IMG/VR virus record: IMGVR_UViG_3300032226_000829
DNA length: 64,000 nucleotides
Strand: one strand, 5' to 3'
Source: a virus
Lineage: Duplodnaviria; Caudoviricetes
Under the pieces are notes generated by a model. It was not told where the DNA came from. It saw nothing but the letters and a program-made list of their open reading frames with translations, and did no database searches. This document shows positions 1-9,893 of the stretch, piece by piece (the stretch's first letter is position 1; every line of letters starts with the position of its first letter). The translations under genes and the position numbers were made by a program.

Positions 1-63
1 AATGGGCATGGGCTAGATTTGCATTTGATGCTGAACTAAACAATAATAGTACTATAGAAGCTC

Positions 64-405
64 TTAGAAGTCAGGTACAAGGTCTCCTTGCACCCATTTG
101 ATACCTTGTGATTGTAGCACTCGCTGACAATTGGCACACACTGTTTTAAGATTGTTAAATCTACAGTTGTTGAGATTGCCATCCACATGAAACACATTAA
201 ACTGCTGAGCATGTTTGCTTTTGTGTGAACACTTATCACACTCGTTTTTTTTCATATAGCCCGACTGCTGCCATTTGGGCATGCCCATGGATCTGCCTTT
301 GTAACGCACACACTGCTCGCACTGAGATCTATAGAATACCTTGTTTGCTTTGTGATAATTCACAGCACAGGGGCGTTGTTTGCAGGCTTTGCACAAAGGT
401 CGCAT
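64..405 (-). CDS. HNH endonuclease with N-terminal CxxC zinc motifs
   Basis: CDKC...FHVDGNLNNCRFNNLKTVCANCQ HNH-type motif; start moved to MRPLC (405), 4 nt after a minus-strand TAAATA box at 410-415. Confidence 0.7.
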   Translation of the reverse strand: MRPLCKACKQRPCAVNYHKANKVFYRSQCEQCVRYKGRSMGMPKWQQSGYMKKNECDKCSHKSKHAQQFNVFHVDGNLNNCRFNNLKTVCANCQRVLQSQGIKWVQGDLVPDF

Positions 406-514
406 ACAGTATTTAGCTGCCCTTTTTTGGCCCTTTTTGTTAGGATTAATAAGGTGTATTTTTGAGCTATCTGAATAAATATATTCAAATAAGTCATAGA
501 TAGGAGAAAACAAT

Positions 515-3500
515 ATGGCACTAGTATCACCGGGCGTACAAGTTACAGTAATAGACGAAAGTTTTTATACACCAGCGGAACCAGGTACGGTTCCAATGAT
601 CTTTATTGCCACTGCTCAGGACAAAGCCAATTCAGCAGGCACAGGCACAGCAGAAGGCACAAGAGCAGCCAATGCTGGTAAACCTTATCTTGTAACTTCT
701 CAAAGAGATTTGAGTGACACATTTGGTGATGCAATTTTCTACACAGATTCAAACAACAATCCAATTCACGGTGGTGAATTAAATGAGTACGGTTTACAAG
801 CAGCATATTCTTTCCTAGGAGTGAGCAACAGAGCTTACGTGGTAAGAGCTAACGTAGATTTAGATCAACTTCAAGCATCAGCTGATGCACCAGCCGGAAC
901 TCCAGCAGCTGGCACATATTGGTTTGACACAGCTAATAGTTTGTTTGGTATATTTGAATGGAATTCTAATCCTGTGACTTCTACAGGAGGTCAAACATTT
1001 ACTAATAAAGTTCCAACTGTGATCACAGATGTTGAACAATTAGTGGGTGAAACAGCAGGCAATGCTCCCAAAGGCGCAGTGGGCCAAATTGGAGATTATG
1101 CTATCAATGCCACAACAACTTTCAATGATTTATATTACAAAAATTATCTAGGCACTTGGGTTCAAGTAGGATCAACTGCTTGGAAAGCCAGTCAGCCAAC
1201 AGTAATAGGATCTAATCAAAACGTATTATCTACATCGGGTACTTTTACTATCAATGGAACACCTATCACAGGAACTTCATACACTCAAGTAATTTCTAAT
1301 ATCAACTCAGCAAATATCGTTGGAGTCACAGCAGCCAGTATCGGCACTGCAGTGGCAATCTTTTCAACCACAAGCAATATTATTTTAGCTTCAGTTTCTG
1401 GAACTTTATTAGCAGACTTAGGATTTACAGCAGGCACAAAATACATTCCTTCAGTAGTGGTTCAACCTCACACACAAATCCCTGCGTTTAAATCTACAGA
1501 TGCTAATCCAAGACCAACTGGATCTTTATGGATTAAAATTACTACTCCAAATCTTGGTGCTAGATTTAAAATTAAAAAATTCAATGGTGTAACCAATTTA
1601 TTTGAAGATATTTCTGCTCCAATTTACAACAGCAATGAATCTGCACTGTACAACATTGACAGAGCGGGTGGTGGAGCAAATATTGCTGTGGGATCACTTT
1701 ATGTGAATTCCAACAATGGCAGCGATGAAGTTGATTTCATAATTAAAAGAAAAGAAACTAGTGGAGCAACCATTATTAAATCCAGTGCAATCACCACTCA
1801 GTGTGTGTCTGGCACATACAGTGTGACCATGCAAGAATCAAAAATCAATCAAGAAGCATTGGGATCTAGCACAACTTTTTCTATCACAACAGTGGGACAA
1901 TCTGGTGATGCTGATACAATTGCTAATGCAATCAATGCTCAAGGGTTTGTTAACATTGAAGCCAGTGTGGACACTTTGAACAGAGTTGTGATATCACACA
2001 ATATCGGCGGAGATATTAAAATTACTGATACTGGTGATTTACTTACTTTGGCAGGATTCATAGCAGATTCTACAACCAATCTATACAACGATGATGCCAC
2101 TGATGGATCAACCAATCCAGTGGTATTGAGAGCCAGCAATTGGAAAACATTATCTTACACAGCTGACAGCAATGCTCCAACCAGTTTGACTGCAGATGGT
2201 CAATTATGGTACAATTCAATTACGGACGAAGCAGATATCATGTATCACAATGGAACCACATGGAAGGGTTACAAAGATGCAGCAGCATTTCCAAATTCTA
2301 GTCCACTGGGACCTATCGTATCAGCCACCAAACCAACAGTACAATCTGATGAGACAGCGTTAGTGACTGGTGATTTATGGATTGATACCAGCGATATTGA
2401 AAACTATCCTCAGATTTACAGATACAACTCAGCAACTGTTACATGGACTTTGATTGACAATTCAGATCAAACCACAGAAGATGGTATCATATTTGCTGAT
2501 GCACGTTACAACACTTCAGGAGCCAACAGCGACACACCAGGCACCATAGAAGCGTTATTAACTTCTAACTTTGTTGATTTTGATGCTCCAGATCCAACAT
2601 TGTATCCAAAAGGCATGTTGTTGTTCAACACACGCAGAAGTGGATTCAACGTTAAAAAATTTGTGAGAAACTATGTTGATCTTACTGATCAAAATACAAG
2701 ATTCAGTGATGAAAACATGACTGCATACTATCCTCATAGATGGGTTTTAGAATCTGGCAATCAAGCCAACGGTGCTGGTAGCTTTGGTAGAAAAGCACAG
2801 AGAAAAGTTGTTATCCAAGCATTACAAGCATTGGTCAACAACAATGATGCCATCAGAGATGATGCTTCTAGAATATTCAACTTGATAGCATGTCCTGGTT
2901 ATTCAGAATTGATCAGTGAAATGATTTCATTAAACTATGACAGAGGTTTAAGTGCTTTTGTTGTAGGAGATTCTCCATTTAGATTGACTCCAGATGCCAC
3001 TTCATTAAACGAATGGGCAACCAACGTGAATCTAGCAGTGCAAGACAGTGACGAAGGTCTAGTTTCATTTGATGAATACATGGGTGTGTTTTATCCATCA
3101 GGATTTACCAGTGACAACTTTGGCAACGACATTGTGGTGCCAGCCAGTCATATGATATTGAGAACTATTGCATTGAGTGACCAAGTTTCTTATCCATGGT
3201 TTGCTCCAGCAGGCACAAGACGTGGTGGCATAACAAATGCATCAAGTGTGGGTTACATCACATCAGAAGGTGAATTTGAAAGCATAGCGTTGAACGAAGG
3301 TCAAAGAGACACATTGTATACTTCTAATGTGAACCCAATCACTTTCATCACAGGTGCTGGTTTAGTCAACTATGGTCAAAAAACCAGAGCAAGAAATGCT
3401 TCAGCACTGGACAGAATCAACGTTGCTAGATTGGTTATCTACTTAAGAAGTCAATTGAACAGATTGGCCAAACCATATGTGTTTGAACCCAATGACAAAA

Positions 3501-3727
3501 TTACTAGAGACGAAATTAAACAGCAAGCAGAAGGTCTAATGCTAGAGCTAGTGGGACAAAGAGCACTATACGACTTTATCGTGGTGTGCGATGAATCCAA
3601 CAATACTCCAGCCAGAATAGATCGTAATGAATTGTACTTGGACATAGCAATTGAACCAGTTAAAGCAGTTGAGTTCATTTACATACCGTTGCGTTTGAAA
3701 AACACAGGAGAAATAAGCGGTTTATAA
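515..3727 (+). CDS. Tail sheath protein (T4 gp18-like), enlarged
   Basis: N-term LVSPGVQVTVIDES; C-term PWFAPAGTRRG, GQKT, LDRINVARL, IEPVKAVEFIYI; GGAG RBS. Confidence 0.95.
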   Translation: MALVSPGVQVTVIDESFYTPAEPGTVPMIFIATAQDKANSAGTGTAEGTRAANAGKPYLVTSQRDLSDTFGDAIFYTDSNNNPIHGGELNEYGLQAAYSFLGVSNRAYVVRANVDLDQLQASADAPAGTPAAGTYWFDTANSLFGIFEWNSNPVTSTGGQTFTNKVPTVITDVEQLVGETAGNAPKGAVGQIGDYAINATTTFNDLYYKNYLGTWVQVGSTAWKASQPTVIGSNQNVLSTSGTFTINGTPITGTSYTQVISNINSANIVGVTAASIGTAVAIFSTTSNIILASVSGTLLADLGFTAGTKYIPSVVVQPHTQIPAFKSTDANPRPTGSLWIKITTPNLGARFKIKKFNGVTNLFEDISAPIYNSNESALYNIDRAGGGANIAVGSLYVNSNNGSDEVDFIIKRKETSGATIIKSSAITTQCVSGTYSVTMQESKINQEALGSSTTFSITTVGQSGDADTIANAINAQGFVNIEASVDTLNRVVISHNIGGDIKITDTGDLLTLAGFIADSTTNLYNDDATDGSTNPVVLRASNWKTLSYTADSNAPTSLTADGQLWYNSITDEADIMYHNGTTWKGYKDAAAFPNSSPLGPIVSATKPTVQSDETALVTGDLWIDTSDIENYPQIYRYNSATVTWTLIDNSDQTTEDGIIFADARYNTSGANSDTPGTIEALLTSNFVDFDAPDPTLYPKGMLLFNTRRSGFNVKKFVRNYVDLTDQNTRFSDENMTAYYPHRWVLESGNQANGAGSFGRKAQRKVVIQALQALVNNNDAIRDDASRIFNLIACPGYSELISEMISLNYDRGLSAFVVGDSPFRLTPDATSLNEWATNVNLAVQDSDEGLVSFDEYMGVFYPSGFTSDNFGNDIVVPASHMILRTIALSDQVSYPWFAPAGTRRGGITNASSVGYITSEGEFESIALNEGQRDTLYTSNVNPITFITGAGLVNYGQKTRARNASALDRINVARLVIYLRSQLNRLAKPYVFEPNDKITRDEIKQQAEGLMLELVGQRALYDFIVVCDESNNTPARIDRNELYLDIAIEPVKAVEFIYIPLRLKNTGEISGL

Positions 3728-3759
3728 TAACTTTATAAATACTAGCAATAGGAGAAACA

Positions 3760-4386
3760 ATGAGTATATCTACACTATCTAAATTGACAGTACCTTTGGC
3801 CAGCAACGCAAGTGCAGGCAGTCAGGGTCTGTTGATGCCAAAATTATCGTATCGTTTCAGAGTCACATTGGAAAATTTTGGTGTATCGACTCCAACCACA
3901 GAATTAACTAAACAAGTTATTGATGTTACAAGACCCAACGTAAGTTTTGAAAACATCACATTAGATGTGTACAACTCTAAAGTTTATCTTGCTGGTAAAC
4001 ACACTTGGGAACCTATCACATTAAATTTAAGAGAAGATGTGAACAATAATGTACAAAAATTAGTAGGCGAACAGCTACAGAAACAATTTGACTTTTATGA
4101 ACAATCTGCTGCTGCTTCAGGATCTGATTACAAATTTGTAACTAGAATTGAAGTGTTAGATGGTGGTAACGGAGCAAATGCTGCCAACATTTTAGAAACT
4201 TTCGAATTGTATGGTTGCTATGTAGATTCAGCAAACTATAACACATTGGCTTACAACACCAACGATCCTATCAGCGTGACATTATCTATCAGATATGACA
4301 ATGCTATTCAAACGCCTCAGGGTACAGGAATTGGCACTGCAATAGGTCGTACAATTAATACTCTTGCCACAGGCGGCGGACAATAA
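3760..4386 (+). CDS. Tail tube protein (T4 gp19-like)
   Basis: Follows sheath; YRFRV, YLAGKHTWEPITL, LSIRYDNA tube motifs; TATAAATA at 3734-3741. Confidence 0.9.
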   Translation: MSISTLSKLTVPLASNASAGSQGLLMPKLSYRFRVTLENFGVSTPTTELTKQVIDVTRPNVSFENITLDVYNSKVYLAGKHTWEPITLNLREDVNNNVQKLVGEQLQKQFDFYEQSAAASGSDYKFVTRIEVLDGGNGANAANILETFELYGCYVDSANYNTLAYNTNDPISVTLSIRYDNAIQTPQGTGIGTAIGRTINTLATGGGQ

Positions 4387-4408
4387 TTTAAACATCTTAA
4401 ATTGATTC

Positions 4409-4440
4409 AAAAAGGGGTCTAAATGGCCCCTTTTTTTATT
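4409..4440 (+). terminator. Rho-independent terminator after tail tube
   Basis: AAAGGGGTC-taaat-GGCCCCTTT stem followed by T7 tract. Confidence 0.8.
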
Positions 4441-4475
4441 TTAGCAGCATAGATTTACAACACATAAATATTAGC

Positions 4476-5594
4476 ATGCCAAACATATTAAAACCTTTTT
4501 TAGATAATCTTTTCAAAGGAGCTTTAAATCCCAAAGGCAACCTTGCTGACTATCAACATGGACAAAGATTATTTGTGGATGACAGTTTTAGATTGGCTCC
4601 AAAACAAAAGTTTCTTTACCACGTATCATTCAATATTAACTCTCGCGCCACAGCAATTATTCCTAATTTCAATTCCACTGTTGGCGAAGAATTAAACATG
4701 TTGGTAAAATCTGTAGATTTACCCAAATACACCATAGAGACTGTGACCAAAAATCAATACAACAAAAAAAGAAAATTACAAACTAGAATAAATTATGATC
4801 CTATTCAAGTAGTATTTCACGATGACAACTATGGCATAACCACTGCTATGTGGCAGATGTATTATCAATATTATTTTAAAGATGGAAACTATGGCAAAAA
4901 AGATCAAACTAAAACCATATCCAGCACTGTGCCTGATCAGTACAACAGAGGAAATACCATATCAGGAGACACGGCAAACAAATATAGATATGGAATGGAT
5001 TCTGATTCTTTTGAACCTTTTTTTACCAGCATACAAATTTATCAAATGGCTAGAAAAAGATACACTTGTTACACATTGGTGAATCCATTGATAACCAATT
5101 GGCAAGGAGACACGTTATCATATGGCAGCAATGATCCAGTGGCCAACAGTATGACCATAGAGTTTGAAACTGTATTCATGAGCAGAGGACCAGTAACTGC
5201 TGGATCAGCACCCAAAGGATTTGGTGTTAGACACTATGATAAAACCCCAAGTCCGTTGTCATTGCCTGGTGGAGGAACCACTAGTGTGTTTGGAGTGGGT
5301 GGAGTATTGAGTGGACTTTTTGGATTGGGTGGAGACAAAAGTGCTTTCAGTGATATTGAATCGGGCGGTGCGGGATCTGGTAGTTTTTTAAAAACAGTTA
5401 TAAGCAGTGCTAACAGACTTAAAAATTTAAAAAAATTAAACAAAGAAGGTTTGAGAGAAGAAGGATTCAATATAGTCAAAGAAGGAATTGGCAGAGTGGG
5501 TGGAACCAATGTGAGTGGTGTGGCCAACACACTGTTTCCTAAAAATACCCCTGTGGCTAATAACGTAACCAAAGCTGAGTTAAAAAGAAGATAA
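4476..5594 (+). CDS. Tube-fold baseplate/tube initiator protein (gp48/gp54-like)
   Basis: VKSVDLPKYTIET, QYNKKR, YDPIQVVFHDDN resemble the tube fold; Gly-rich C-terminus. Confidence 0.55.
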   Translation: MPNILKPFLDNLFKGALNPKGNLADYQHGQRLFVDDSFRLAPKQKFLYHVSFNINSRATAIIPNFNSTVGEELNMLVKSVDLPKYTIETVTKNQYNKKRKLQTRINYDPIQVVFHDDNYGITTAMWQMYYQYYFKDGNYGKKDQTKTISSTVPDQYNRGNTISGDTANKYRYGMDSDSFEPFFTSIQIYQMARKRYTCYTLVNPLITNWQGDTLSYGSNDPVANSMTIEFETVFMSRGPVTAGSAPKGFGVRHYDKTPSPLSLPGGGTTSVFGVGGVLSGLFGLGGDKSAFSDIESGGAGSGSFLKTVISSANRLKNLKKLNKEGLREEGFNIVKEGIGRVGGTNVSGVANTLFPKNTPVANNVTKAELKRR

Positions 5595-5597
5595 TTT

Positions 5598-6074
5598 ATG
5601 TCCAGTGAAAATATTATTAATTCTGATTTTCCTGAATTAGATGTTTCAATTCCTAATATTAATCCTAGAGAATTGAGTGTTACTAACAAAGAAAAAATCA
5701 ATACCTCAAACAATGTTCCCAGCACTGTTTCAAACACTGATAGTGCTCAGCCAGTTAAAACATTTTTTGACAAATATTTTGTTGAGCCTATCAGTATTCC
5801 AGCTGGTGAAATAGATGCTGTGATAGGATTTTTTGAAAAAAGAAATTTTGAAAAAACTGCAGCAGTCAGTGTGTCCACAATTTTATTACAGCAGGCCAAG
5901 TTAGATAATGTAAATATTTTTCAATTGTTGGATACTTTAAAAGGATTGAGCGAATTACAATTGAGTAGTGTTGTTGCAGAAATTTTAAATGTGAACAGAT
6001 CAAAAATTTCCACACTAGGATTCAAAGTGACCAACAATCAAAACCAATTCGAAAAACGCAACATAGTGGTATAA
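5598..6074 (+). CDS. Hypothetical protein in structural operon
   Basis: 158-aa ORF tightly packed between structural genes. Confidence 0.7.
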   Translation: MSSENIINSDFPELDVSIPNINPRELSVTNKEKINTSNNVPSTVSNTDSAQPVKTFFDKYFVEPISIPAGEIDAVIGFFEKRNFEKTAAVSVSTILLQQAKLDNVNIFQLLDTLKGLSELQLSSVVAEILNVNRSKISTLGFKVTNNQNQFEKRNIVV

Positions 6075-6078
6075 TCAG

Positions 6079-6522
6079 ATGCCTCGACGTTTTGCTCAAG
6101 GTAAATTCACTTTAAAAAATCCTGAAAAATATCTAGGAACCAAAGACCCATTGTATAGATCCAGTTGGGAATTTGCTTTTATGAAATTTTGTGATGAAAG
6201 CCCTTCCATTGCCAAATGGGCCAGTGAAGCCGTGAGAATACCTTACAGAAATCCTCTCACCGGAAGATACACCATATATGTGCCAGACTTTTTTATCAAC
6301 TATGTGGACAAGGGTGGACAACCACATGCAGAGATAGTTGAAATCAAACCACAGAATCAATCATTGAGAGAAAAAGTGGGAAAAAATTTAAACAATCAAG
6401 CCAGCTACATTTTGAATCAAGCCAAATGGGAAGCTGCCACTGCATGGTGTCGTCAAAAAGGTTTAAAGTTCAGAGTGATCAACGAAACCGATATTTTTCA
6501 CCAAGGCAGCAAGCGCCGATAA
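6079..6522 (+). CDS. Head completion nuclease (T4 gp4-like, TnsA-type)
   Basis: YRSSWE, WASE..IPY, YVPDF, EIKP, NQAKWEAA motifs. Confidence 0.85.
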   Translation: MPRRFAQGKFTLKNPEKYLGTKDPLYRSSWEFAFMKFCDESPSIAKWASEAVRIPYRNPLTGRYTIYVPDFFINYVDKGGQPHAEIVEIKPQNQSLREKVGKNLNNQASYILNQAKWEAATAWCRQKGLKFRVINETDIFHQGSKRR

Positions 6523-6533
6523 ATAATACTATC

Positions 6534-7025
6534 ATGACCAAAAAATTAGAAGATCTATTGAATCTACCAGAATCCAAAGACATAGTGATGGAAGAAAAAA
6601 ATAAAAAAGAACAAGAAAAATCTTTGGATGCTCAAAAAGAAACCCTGCGAGACATTGCTGAGTTTGACAAGATCACTGCAGCACTGCCCATGGTGAAAGA
6701 TTTGGGCGCAATGGCTGATGAAGAACTGGATGAAATAGCCAAAAAAGCCATGACTGCCTATGACGATTTGATGGACTTGGGCATGAACGTGGAGAGCAGA
6801 TACAGTGGTAGAGTGTTTGAAGTGGCTGGCAACATGTTGAAAACCACACTGGAAGCCAAAGCTGCCAAAATAGACAAAAAGCTCAAAATGATAGATCTAC
6901 AGATACGCAAGCAAAAAATGGACAGAGATGGCGGAATTGACGATTCTAACATGGTACAGGGCGAAGGCTACGTGGTTACTGATCGCAACAGTTTGATTGA
7001 AAAACTCAAAAATATGGATAAATAA
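6534..7025 (+). CDS. Putative terminase small subunit (gp16-like)
   Basis: Helical AYDDLMDLGMNVESRYSGRVFEVAGNMLK resembles the gp16 PRAYEV region; upstream of terL; start 6534 after TAAATA. Confidence 0.5.
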   Translation: MTKKLEDLLNLPESKDIVMEEKNKKEQEKSLDAQKETLRDIAEFDKITAALPMVKDLGAMADEELDEIAKKAMTAYDDLMDLGMNVESRYSGRVFEVAGNMLKTTLEAKAAKIDKKLKMIDLQIRKQKMDRDGGIDDSNMVQGEGYVVTDRNSLIEKLKNMDK

Positions 7026-7031
7026 ACACAT

Positions 7032-7610
7032 ATGGAAACAGAATTTAAAAAAATACTGGCAGAAAGCAAAAAAACCTACAGATTTAAATTGGGTTTAGCT
7101 GGTGAATTGCCTGAAAATATCAATGACACTTTGAAACAAGCACTTAGCAAATATGAAATAGTGAGTTTGTCCAAAGGCAAAAAAACTCCAATCACAGAAA
7201 GACCACTGGATTTCCCCAAACTACAGAACATGGAAGTCACATACTTTGATGCTGAATTGGCCTATCCTACCACTCCAGAAATTTTAGAACAATACGTGAG
7301 TTTGATCACGAAGGTCCCAATGAGTCATGTGATAGTGAGAACAGACGTGCAGCATACGGATTATCCCACAGACAAAAAAGAAGAACCCTATGTAGCAAAA
7401 CTTGAAACCCCATTGGAGCAAGCAGATAAGAAAGCACAAGATCAAGTGGGACAAAAGAGAGTCACAGAAATTTTAAAACAGATGGAAAAAGACAGAAAAG
7501 CAATCACTTTTGCCAAAGTAGATTCAAAAAATAAAAAAGAAAAACAATTGCAGGACAGAGAAGAGAAAGCCTCTGCATCACCTTTAACCAAAGTCAAACA
7601 CGATAAATAG
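7032..7610 (+). CDS. Hypothetical late protein
   Basis: 192-aa ORF; TAAATA 7 nt upstream. Confidence 0.7.
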   Translation: METEFKKILAESKKTYRFKLGLAGELPENINDTLKQALSKYEIVSLSKGKKTPITERPLDFPKLQNMEVTYFDAELAYPTTPEILEQYVSLITKVPMSHVIVRTDVQHTDYPTDKKEEPYVAKLETPLEQADKKAQDQVGQKRVTEILKQMEKDRKAITFAKVDSKNKKEKQLQDREEKASASPLTKVKHDK

Positions 7611-7614
7611 AGTT

Positions 7615-8235
7615 ATGGATATCAGAGATATATTAAGCAGGATTGACAAAGTTCAAAACCCCAAAGAACTTGCCAGCGAGATTGTTAAGTCTAATCTTAC
7701 AGAAGCAGCATCTATCAGTGTGAACATGTATGGCAATACACCTGACGAAGTTCAAGCCATGTATCAAATTTTTAAAAATGCAGGATTGACTCCTACAACA
7801 CCAGCAGTGGTTGGACCCGCTCCTGTAGAAGCTGAAGAAAAATCAGTGGGTGAGGATGACAGATATCAAGCCAGCACCACTCCAGATCCTAAATATGCCA
7901 CAATACCAGACACAGTGGATCCCACAGGTGATGATCTTCATAAGAAGAAAAAAATGTATGCCAGAAGTCAACCAGGCGACAATCCAATGGCTGTGAAAGA
8001 AGATGACATTTCATTAGCAGAAAAAATCAAATCACAATTAACTCAAGACTATGCTGCTTTTAAAGAAGGTGCAGTCAAAGGTTGGTTGATGGACATGGAA
8101 TCAGACGCAGCTGAAATGAACAAAGACGAATTCATCAAAAAACACGGTCAAAGACATGCAGATATTTGGGATAGAATAAATTCTGAAAATCCTGATTCAA
8201 ATTCTGATTCTTTTGAAGATATTGAACTAGAATAA
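7615..8235 (+). CDS. Acidic hypothetical protein, possible internal head protein
   Basis: 206 aa, Glu/Asp-rich, LTE|AA and FKE|GA sites; TAAATA 5 nt upstream. Confidence 0.6.
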   Translation: MDIRDILSRIDKVQNPKELASEIVKSNLTEAASISVNMYGNTPDEVQAMYQIFKNAGLTPTTPAVVGPAPVEAEEKSVGEDDRYQASTTPDPKYATIPDTVDPTGDDLHKKKKMYARSQPGDNPMAVKEDDISLAEKIKSQLTQDYAAFKEGAVKGWLMDMESDAAEMNKDEFIKKHGQRHADIWDRINSENPDSNSDSFEDIELE

Positions 8236-8283
8236 TCACTTCACAAACAAATTACCTCACATTTAATCAGATAAGTACTACAT

Positions 8284-9885
8284 ATGAGTACCAAAAGTCT
8301 GGATGGAGTTCTTACCAAAAAAGCACACACCAGGGAAAAATACACTGAATCACAATTGAATGAGTTGGCTGCTTGTGCAGACGCCACTCTGGGATATCTT
8401 TATTTTGCCAAGAATTTTTTTAATATTCAACATCCTGTGAGAGGCAAACTGCTGTTTGAACCTTATGCGTATCAAACCAAACTGCTGGAAACCTATCACA
8501 AATATAGATTTAACATAAACATGTTGCCACGTCAAAGTGGCAAGACCACTTGTGCATCATCATACCTGTTGTGGTATGCCATGTTTCATCCTGATCAAAC
8601 CATATTGATTGCTGCTCACAAATACACAGGCGCTCAAGAGATCATGCAACGTATTCGTTATGGATATGAATTGTGTCCAGATCATATCAGAGCGGGTGTG
8701 GTAAACTACAACAAAGGATCTATGGAATTTGAGAATGGATCTAGAATAGTTTCAGCCACCACCACTTCTAACACTGGTAGAGGTATGTCCATATCATTGT
8801 TATACTGTGATGAGTTTGCATTCGTTAATCCAACCATTGCTAGAGAATTCTGGACTTCAATATCTCCAACGTTAGCAACAGGAGGTCGAGCCATCATAAC
8901 TTCCACTCCCAACTCAGATGAAGATGAGTTTGCTGTGATATGGAAAGAATCACAAAATAATTTTGACGAACACGGCAATGAAACTGAAATGGGAATAAAT
9001 GGATTCTTTGGTTACACAGCATCTTGGAATGAACATCCAGAACGAGATGAAAAATGGAAAGAAAGTGAATTGGCACGTATAGGTGAAGAAAGATTTAGAA
9101 GAGAATATGGTTGTGAATTTTTAGTTTACGACGAAACATTGGTAAACAGTATTGTACTTGCTTCATTGGAAGGCAAGCAACCCATATTAACCATGGGCCA
9201 AACTAGATGGTATGAAAAAATAAATCCTGCTGCTACCTATGTGATATCATTGGATCCTGCCATGGGCACTGGTGGAGATTATGCTGCCATTCAAGTGTTT
9301 GAAGTGCCATCATTTAAACAAGTGGCCGAGTGGAGACACAATCAAACACCCATACCACAACAGGTAAGAATATTAAAAGATATTGTAACATTTATCAAAG
9401 AAGAATGCAAAAGTCCATCGGCCAGCAACATCTATTGGAGTGTGGAAAACAATACCATAGGTGAAGCAGCACTGTTGGTAATCAGTGACTTTGGTGAAGA
9501 AAATATTCCAGGATTGTTTGTGAGTGAACCCATAAGAAAAGGACACATAAGAAAATTTAGAAAAGGATTTAATACCACACACAGAACTAAAATCAGTGCT
9601 TGTAGCAGATTGAAAGGCATGATTGAAAACAACAAAATGACCATTAGCAGCAAGGCTTTGATCAGTGAATTAAAAACATACGTGGCAGTGGGATCAGGAT
9701 TCAAAGCCAAATCTGGAGAAACAGATGATCTTATCAGTGCTGTGCTGTTGATTTTAAGAATAGTCAGCATACTGAAAGATTGGGATCCTAGAATTTATAA
9801 TTCATTCTTACAAGTAGAAAATGATGAGGATGGCGGAGAACGCATACTGCCCATGCCAGTGTTTATCAGCACCACTAACAACTAA
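8284..9885 (+). CDS. terL: Terminase large subunit (T4 gp17-like)
   Basis: Walker A PRQSGKTT, Walker B LLYCDEFAF, ITSTPN, nuclease ISLDPAMG...D and TDDLISA. Confidence 0.97.
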   Translation: MSTKSLDGVLTKKAHTREKYTESQLNELAACADATLGYLYFAKNFFNIQHPVRGKLLFEPYAYQTKLLETYHKYRFNINMLPRQSGKTTCASSYLLWYAMFHPDQTILIAAHKYTGAQEIMQRIRYGYELCPDHIRAGVVNYNKGSMEFENGSRIVSATTTSNTGRGMSISLLYCDEFAFVNPTIAREFWTSISPTLATGGRAIITSTPNSDEDEFAVIWKESQNNFDEHGNETEMGINGFFGYTASWNEHPERDEKWKESELARIGEERFRREYGCEFLVYDETLVNSIVLASLEGKQPILTMGQTRWYEKINPAATYVISLDPAMGTGGDYAAIQVFEVPSFKQVAEWRHNQTPIPQQVRILKDIVTFIKEECKSPSASNIYWSVENNTIGEAALLVISDFGEENIPGLFVSEPIRKGHIRKFRKGFNTTHRTKISACSRLKGMIENNKMTISSKALISELKTYVAVGSGFKAKSGETDDLISAVLLILRIVSILKDWDPRIYNSFLQVENDEDGGERILPMPVFISTTNN

Positions 9886-9893
9886 ATACTAGC

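Noticed and set aside
5234-5737. 167-aa minus-strand ORF and similar long antisense ORFs (e.g. 12177-12617, 50560-51180)
   Set aside because: They overlap well-supported plus-strand genes; their composition is typical of antisense frames.
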